Source: a virus
Lineage: Duplodnaviria; Caudoviricetes
Length of the DNA stretch: 64,000 bases
Virus record (IMG/VR): IMGVR_UViG_3300036833_000307
Coordinates: 1-64,000 of that record
Direction: 5' to 3' (one strand)
The notes beneath the pieces are model-generated. The model was not told the origin of the DNA. It ran no database searches and saw only the letters and a list, made by a program, of their open reading frames with translations. Below, piece by piece: positions 59,325 through 64,000 of this stretch (position 1 is its first letter; every line of letters starts with the position of its first letter). Both the position numbers and the translations under genes were made by a program.

Positions 59325-60001
59325 CGAAAGACAATGGGATGAGTAACAACCCAGATGTTCGCTCAATCGCTTCGGATGTCGATATCGACGCTCTGTTCGA
59401 AGGCAATACCGTTGCCAGGCTTTTGCCAGGCGGTGGTTATGCCATCGAGGCAAGGCCTCCAGGAGGCCGCCAATGCGGCACCTGCACGCTGTGCTGTAAG
59501 CTCGTCCCGGTCCCCGAGATCCGGAAGTCCGCCGGCGAGCGCTGCCGTTATCAGCAGGCCGGCAAAGGCTGCCGGGTGTATCGCAAGCCGGGCTTCCCCC
59601 GCAGCTGCCTGCTATGGAGCTGCCGGTGGCTGTCTGATCCCGATACTGCGGGGCTGGCCCGGCCGGATCGCTCGCACTGCGTGATCGACGTGATGACCGA
59701 CGTGGTGCAACTCGGCGGCCAGCAGGTGCCGGTCATTCAGATCTGGGTGGACCCGGCGTTTCGCGACGCCTGGCGCACCCAGGAGATGAAGGCCTACATC
59801 GAGCGGGTCGGCAAAAGCTATGGCTGCATGACGATCATTCGCTGGGACGCCGAAAGCGGCCTGGTGGTCTGTCCACCGGCACTTTCAGAGGACGGCGAAT
59901 GGCACGAGCGATCCGGCCAATCGATGCCGCGCGACGCGTTCGAGGCGCAGATCCTGGCTGACGCCAGGGCCGCGAAACTTGCGCAAACAAAATCCAACTG
60001 A
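59321..60001 (+). CDS. Cys-cluster (YkgJ-like) protein
   Basis: CGTCTLCCK...C...GCRVY...P.SC...C.WL...RPDRSH. Confidence 0.7.
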   Translation: MTKDNGMSNNPDVRSIASDVDIDALFEGNTVARLLPGGGYAIEARPPGGRQCGTCTLCCKLVPVPEIRKSAGERCRYQQAGKGCRVYRKPGFPRSCLLWSCRWLSDPDTAGLARPDRSHCVIDVMTDVVQLGGQQVPVIQIWVDPAFRDAWRTQEMKAYIERVGKSYGCMTIIRWDAESGLVVCPPALSEDGEWHERSGQSMPRDAFEAQILADARAAKLAQTKSN

Positions 60002-60017
60002 ATCCTACTCGATCCAA

Positions 60018-60089
60018 TAACCCCCCCCACGGTCCGGGCCCCAACGAACTTGTTCGTTGGGTTCCCGGTGCGGCCGTGGGGGGTTTTTG
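60018..60089. terminator. Long hairpin terminator between convergent operons
   Basis: aacccccccacgg...ccgtggggggttttt. Confidence 0.75.
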
Positions 60090-60092
60090 CGT

Positions 60093-62171
60093 TCAGCGTC
60101 GCCAGGAGTGCTGTGGCCGGTCCTGATAGCCTCGCTCCAGGTCGAAGGTCGCGCTGTTGGCGAACAGCCACTCGCACGCCGCGGCGTAGTCGGGGTCGAT
60201 CCGCGCCGCTTCGGCCAGCACCGAGTTCATCAACTCGGCGTACTGCCGGATATCGCCTGGCGGCCAGGGCGAGCCGTCCGCGAGCACGAAGCCATGCTGG
60301 TTGGGTCGTGATGGATCGGCGCTCTGACCGCGCTCGCCGGTCAACTCCTGTGATTGTTCCCAGGTGCCACCGGCCCAGTACCAGTTGTAGCAAAGCCCGT
60401 TAGCGGGATTGTACTGCCCGTGCGCGGAAAACCGCTCGGTGATGTATGGCTTGAGCTTGTCGAGACAGTCGCGTGCCTGCGGCAGCCTCATGCGGATCGC
60501 GCGGATCAGCGTCGAGAGGTAGTAGTCCTGCTGCCACGGCGCCATGGCCGGCGGTGTCTCGGAGCCGTAGACGCCAGGGATGCTCAATTGCGCCTCGGTT
60601 GCGGTTTTTTCCAGCGTCTTCAGCCGCGTGAAGTTGTCCTGCACCATCGGCGCGAACACCGCCGACATTGCCGGCGAGATGTAGGCGCTGTCGATAAGCT
60701 GGCGCAGCGACCAAGCTTGCGAGCGCACCTGGATGTCGCCGCCGTAGACACCTTTCTCGTTGCCGCGCGAGCCGGGCGGCACCCACATGATGGCCCAGCC
60801 CGCCTGCGCGTCCAGCATATCGAGCCGATGCCGGTCGCCGGTCAGGAGATACGGCAGGTAATGCGCGTCCGGCTGATGGCCGGCTTCCGGCGACCAGCCG
60901 GTTCCCGCGGTGTCGATCGGCTGGGTCAGTCCGCCCTGCGCTGCGCTCTGGCGCGGATCGGCCCACAGCAGCGGGCGATCTTGCGGGTTGAGCCAACGGT
61001 AGTGCTCGATGTCCCACAGGTGCCACGGACAGGAACCCGCTGCGTCCGACATCGCCACCGCGTAGGCGTAGGCGCGCGGGTCCTGTGAGATGAGCCAGGC
61101 GGCGTTCCACAGCGGGTCGGGGCCGATGTCCGGCCGGCCGCCGCCGGCGCCCATGTACATCGCGAAATCGCCCGGACCCAGGGGATCGAACTTCGGTCCG
61201 TCGCACGGCTTGGCGAGCACCGCTTCGGCGACCGGACCCGGGCCGTAGACGTGCACCGCGCCAGAGGCCTCGAGCGCGGCGCGATCGTGGGCGATGAAAT
61301 GCCCTGGCGCATCGCCGATCCAGTACGTGTGGTGCCAGATCTGGTATTGGTGGTGCGTCAGCGGCCCGACGGCATAGACCTGCTGACCATTTGCGGTGAG
61401 CGCCATGGTATAGGTCTGCGCGCCGCCTTCCGGTCCCATCGCGCCGTCGTTGCGGAAGCCGAAGACGATGCGGACAGTATCGTCTTGGTAGCGGCGGATA
61501 TCGATTACCAGCCGCATAGCCGCGTGCACCGGCAGCACGTAACGCGTCTCGCTGGCGGACGATCCCTCGAAATACATGCTGCCTGGCCCGCTGGCGAGGA
61601 TCTGGTCGAGATCGAAGACCATGGGACCGTCATTGAAATCGAGCGTCAGCACCACGGATTTAGGCAACGGTCCGATGCCTACCATCGTCCCAGCCGATGC
61701 TGGATCAGCAAGGCTGAGTTCTACATCGTGGCTCTCGCCAGGAGCCAATGCGGGAGCGGCGATAGTGATCGCGCCATGGCGGACGGTGCCGTCCTCATGA
61801 ACCATCAATGGATTGAGTTGTTGGCCGGCGATGCCGGCGCCGGCTGGCACCTGACCTGGCGCAAACGGCAACGCGAAAGTCAACAGTCGCTCAGCGATCG
61901 CAGCAGGACCGATATTGCGCAGTCGCAGAGTTGCCAACGTGGCACCCGGCACTGGCGGCAGTTCGGTATCCGGCGGCTGCTCTCCCGGTGGGACAATCGG
62001 GCCCGGATGGCCGGGCACCGGCGGTATCGGGTGCTCCGGGTGCAGCGGCGGCTGCGGTGGCTCTGGTTCCGGTTTTCCGCCACCTGGCGGATGTTCCGGA
62101 TGCGGCGGATGCTCCGGATGCGGCGGATGCTCGTCGGGTTTGCTTGTGTCGGGCTTGGTGGGCTTGGCCAT
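60093..62171 (-). CDS. Large protein with Pro/His N-terminus, possible polysaccharide-active or tail-associated enzyme
   Basis: TFALPFAPGQVP...DGTVRHG, YMGAGGGRPDIG, HQP..HYLPYLLTGD, QVRSQAWSLR; resembles PcRGLX/YetA-like architecture (from memory). Confidence 0.5.
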   Translation of the reverse strand: MAKPTKPDTSKPDEHPPHPEHPPHPEHPPGGGKPEPEPPQPPLHPEHPIPPVPGHPGPIVPPGEQPPDTELPPVPGATLATLRLRNIGPAAIAERLLTFALPFAPGQVPAGAGIAGQQLNPLMVHEDGTVRHGAITIAAPALAPGESHDVELSLADPASAGTMVGIGPLPKSVVLTLDFNDGPMVFDLDQILASGPGSMYFEGSSASETRYVLPVHAAMRLVIDIRRYQDDTVRIVFGFRNDGAMGPEGGAQTYTMALTANGQQVYAVGPLTHHQYQIWHHTYWIGDAPGHFIAHDRAALEASGAVHVYGPGPVAEAVLAKPCDGPKFDPLGPGDFAMYMGAGGGRPDIGPDPLWNAAWLISQDPRAYAYAVAMSDAAGSCPWHLWDIEHYRWLNPQDRPLLWADPRQSAAQGGLTQPIDTAGTGWSPEAGHQPDAHYLPYLLTGDRHRLDMLDAQAGWAIMWVPPGSRGNEKGVYGGDIQVRSQAWSLRQLIDSAYISPAMSAVFAPMVQDNFTRLKTLEKTATEAQLSIPGVYGSETPPAMAPWQQDYYLSTLIRAIRMRLPQARDCLDKLKPYITERFSAHGQYNPANGLCYNWYWAGGTWEQSQELTGERGQSADPSRPNQHGFVLADGSPWPPGDIRQYAELMNSVLAEAARIDPDYAAACEWLFANSATFDLERGYQDRPQHSWRR

Positions 62172-62237
62172 CGGTTGTCTCCTCTTTCAGGATCAACTTG
62201 ACGGGACTGCTAAAATCTGGCACACATGAATGTGCCA

Positions 62238-62338
62238 GGCAGGCCGGGCTCGGCATGACGTGGCACGGTGCGGCGCGGCTGGGCTCGACATGGCATGGCC
62301 CGGCAGGCACGGGACCCTCCGGCTTCGGCCGGAGGGTC
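62238..62338 (+). ncRNA. Stand-alone GGC-NN mini-array (solo guide 7)
   Basis: ggca + 12 pentamers + ggca ggcac + GC hairpin with TTCG loop, antisense in the gap between two structural genes. Confidence 0.85.
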
Positions 62339-63023
62339 ATTGCAGCCGCAGGATCGCATGCGTTGCGTCAGCGGCAGGCATGACGATGGTAAAGGTTCCT
62401 GATGCGACTTGTTGGCGGCCACCGAAGTCGCCGGCATAGATCGCTCTGCCGCTGCCCGTAGTACTGGCGCCGCTGGCGCCACCGAGGCGAGGATTGACAC
62501 CGGAATTGTAAATTATGCAGCCATCGCTATCAATTGTGGCACTGGTCCAACTGATGGTGCCGCCAAAGCTGACGAACGCGGTAGAGCCGGCCACAGCGGG
62601 CGAGACGTTGCTGAGCCCCAGGCCGCCCGCGGCGTAGCCAACGCCGACCACCTCATCGACGTTGCTGGTGACATCGGCGTAGTTCACCGACGCCGCGCCG
62701 TAGGTGCCAACCGGAGCGTGCCGGATCAGCGCAATCCGGAACACATCGCCGTTGAAGCTCAGCGCGACGCCGGTCGCGGTGGCGGTAGCGTTCGGATAGA
62801 TCTTGATCGCCGTGGCGCTGGTGATCTGCGAGACGATGCAGCCGACCGGGATCCCGGGGCCCGAAACGCGCATTCCGACGCTGATCCCGACCATGCTAGC
62901 GAGCGTATCGACAATATCATTGCTATAAGTGTTGCCGGTCGTGTTCACGGTGCCGCCGAAGCAATGGGCGCCGGCGAACAGCTCGGACTTGAAACTGGTC
63001 GGCATCGCGGTGGTGATTGCCAT
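62337..63023 (-). CDS. Virion structural (tail-associated) protein
   Basis: MAITTAMPTSFKSEL...FRIAL...EVVGVGYAAGG...WTSATI...DFGG...GTFTI. Confidence 0.7.
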   Translation of the reverse strand: MAITTAMPTSFKSELFAGAHCFGGTVNTTGNTYSNDIVDTLASMVGISVGMRVSGPGIPVGCIVSQITSATAIKIYPNATATATGVALSFNGDVFRIALIRHAPVGTYGAASVNYADVTSNVDEVVGVGYAAGGLGLSNVSPAVAGSTAFVSFGGTISWTSATIDSDGCIIYNSGVNPRLGGASGASTTGSGRAIYAGDFGGRQQVASGTFTIVMPAADATHAILRLQ

Positions 63024-63036
63024 TGGACTAGCTCCC

Positions 63037-63528
63037 TCAGGCGGCAGCGGCGGCCACAGGCGGCTCTGGCAAGTCCGGCAGCCCATGAACCCGGCGATAA
63101 GCCAGACCGGCCTCCAGCCGCGTCCTGTCGGCGTGCCAGAGACGTTCGATGTGACGGATGTGGCGGATGTGGTCGGTCACCACCTGACGGATCGCGTCGA
63201 TCACCTCGGGACCGCCGATATGGCCTTCCCAGGGTGTGCCAGCGGCGGTCGCCTGCAGTTCGGCGAACAGGTGGCCGAAATCCGGATGGCCGTCGAGTTC
63301 GGTGGCAAAGCAGGCTGCGGCGTCGTCGCGCAGCGATTTGCGTTCCGCCTCCTGGATCGCTTGGTAATGCTCGGCCAGCACCTCGAGCAGCCGGCCGCGC
63401 AGAATGATGCCCTGCGACTGATGTTCGGCCGGGATGCCGTCGAGCGGGATGAGGTCTTCGCAGGTGACACGAGCCCAGTCGGCGGCGGCGTGGGGTCCGC
63501 CGGGAGTTGCCAGCACGCGGTTGTACAT
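63037..63528 (-). CDS. Hypothetical protein
   Basis: Coupled to the upstream gene. Confidence 0.6.
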   Translation of the reverse strand: MYNRVLATPGGPHAAADWARVTCEDLIPLDGIPAEHQSQGIILRGRLLEVLAEHYQAIQEAERKSLRDDAAACFATELDGHPDFGHLFAELQATAAGTPWEGHIGGPEVIDAIRQVVTDHIRHIRHIERLWHADRTRLEAGLAYRRVHGLPDLPEPPVAAAAA

Positions 63529-64000
63529 CAGAAAACGCCTCCCATGAAAAAGATGTAGCGTTTAACGACGCCGCCGGCGATCGCAAACAGTATGCCTGGT
63601 ACACCGGTGGCGTAGACATCGACCAGGAAGACGGCCGGGCCGGCATAGGCTTGTACCGCCTGTGCCATGCCGGTGGCAGCCACGCCGGCGAGCGGCACGA
63701 TACGCGGAATGACGATCGCTAACGTACCGACAGCGCTGATGGCGGCGACACCGGCCAGGACCGGGGCGATCGGCGCGACGAGGGCCACGCTTATCGTGCC
63801 AGCTATACCGGTAGCGGCGACGCCGGTCAGGTTTCCGGCGATGCCGACTATCGTGATCGGAGCTTCGTTGAGAATGCTGGGCAGCGACGTGGCGTAACTG
63901 CGCGTCGTGGTGCGCATGCCGATCGCCGAGCCGAGGCCGGCTCGAGAGGCGGTCAGCGCGTAGGCTGGTCCGATGATCGATTGAATGGCGATCGTTGCCC
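63528..64000 (-). CDS. Tail-type structural protein (partial, 5' end beyond right edge)
   Basis: LxGVAAT repeats; frame appears open to the window end. Confidence 0.55.
   Translation of the reverse strand, partial: ATIAIQSIIGPAYALTASRAGLGSAIGMRTTTRSYATSLPSILNEAPITIVGIAGNLTGVAATGIAGTISVALVAPIAPVLAGVAAISAVGTLAIVIPRIVPLAGVAATGMAQAVQAYAGPAVFLVDVYATGVPGILFAIAGGVVKRYIFFMGGVF

Overview
GC-rich tailed-phage (or prophage) DNA, probably from an alphaproteobacterial host (GcrA-like gene, alphaproteobacterial-type SSB). No integrase, repressor, major capsid gene, tRNA or CRISPR array was recognised. Layout: a leftward head/packaging module (1-21 kb: XkdF-type prohead protease running off the left edge, Mu-F/gp7 head protein, portal, amidase, TerL); an accessory island (21-29.6 kb); a TerS-like gene; rightward clusters of small genes (31-37 kb and 45-60 kb, including ERF, SSB and GcrA); a leftward primase/helicase module (39.5-45 kb); and leftward tail-type genes at the right edge. 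The main result is a putative RNA-guided system. A RAMP/Cas7-like gene (25908-26762) and a coupled partner gene (26762-27283) are followed by a 1.24 kb non-coding array of GGC-NN pentamers, cut into about 23-25 units by a GGCA tetramer. Seven stand-alone mini-arrays are scattered across the window, most with their own promoter and all with a 3' hairpin. When the variable NN dinucleotides are reverse-complemented and read as codon positions 1-2, they spell recognisable protein motifs (e.g. GPFDLVYADPPW, IVGTSRGGIIA) and near-copies of adjacent genes, implying a gapped, wobble-skipping targeting code. Other notable items: about 16 copies of a structured RBS-sequestering leader, head polyproteins punctuated by [LMV]-x-K sites, an HNH gene nested out of frame inside a 945-aa ORF, a candidate large ncRNA, an Acb2/Tad1-like protein and two PEP-CTERM proteins.
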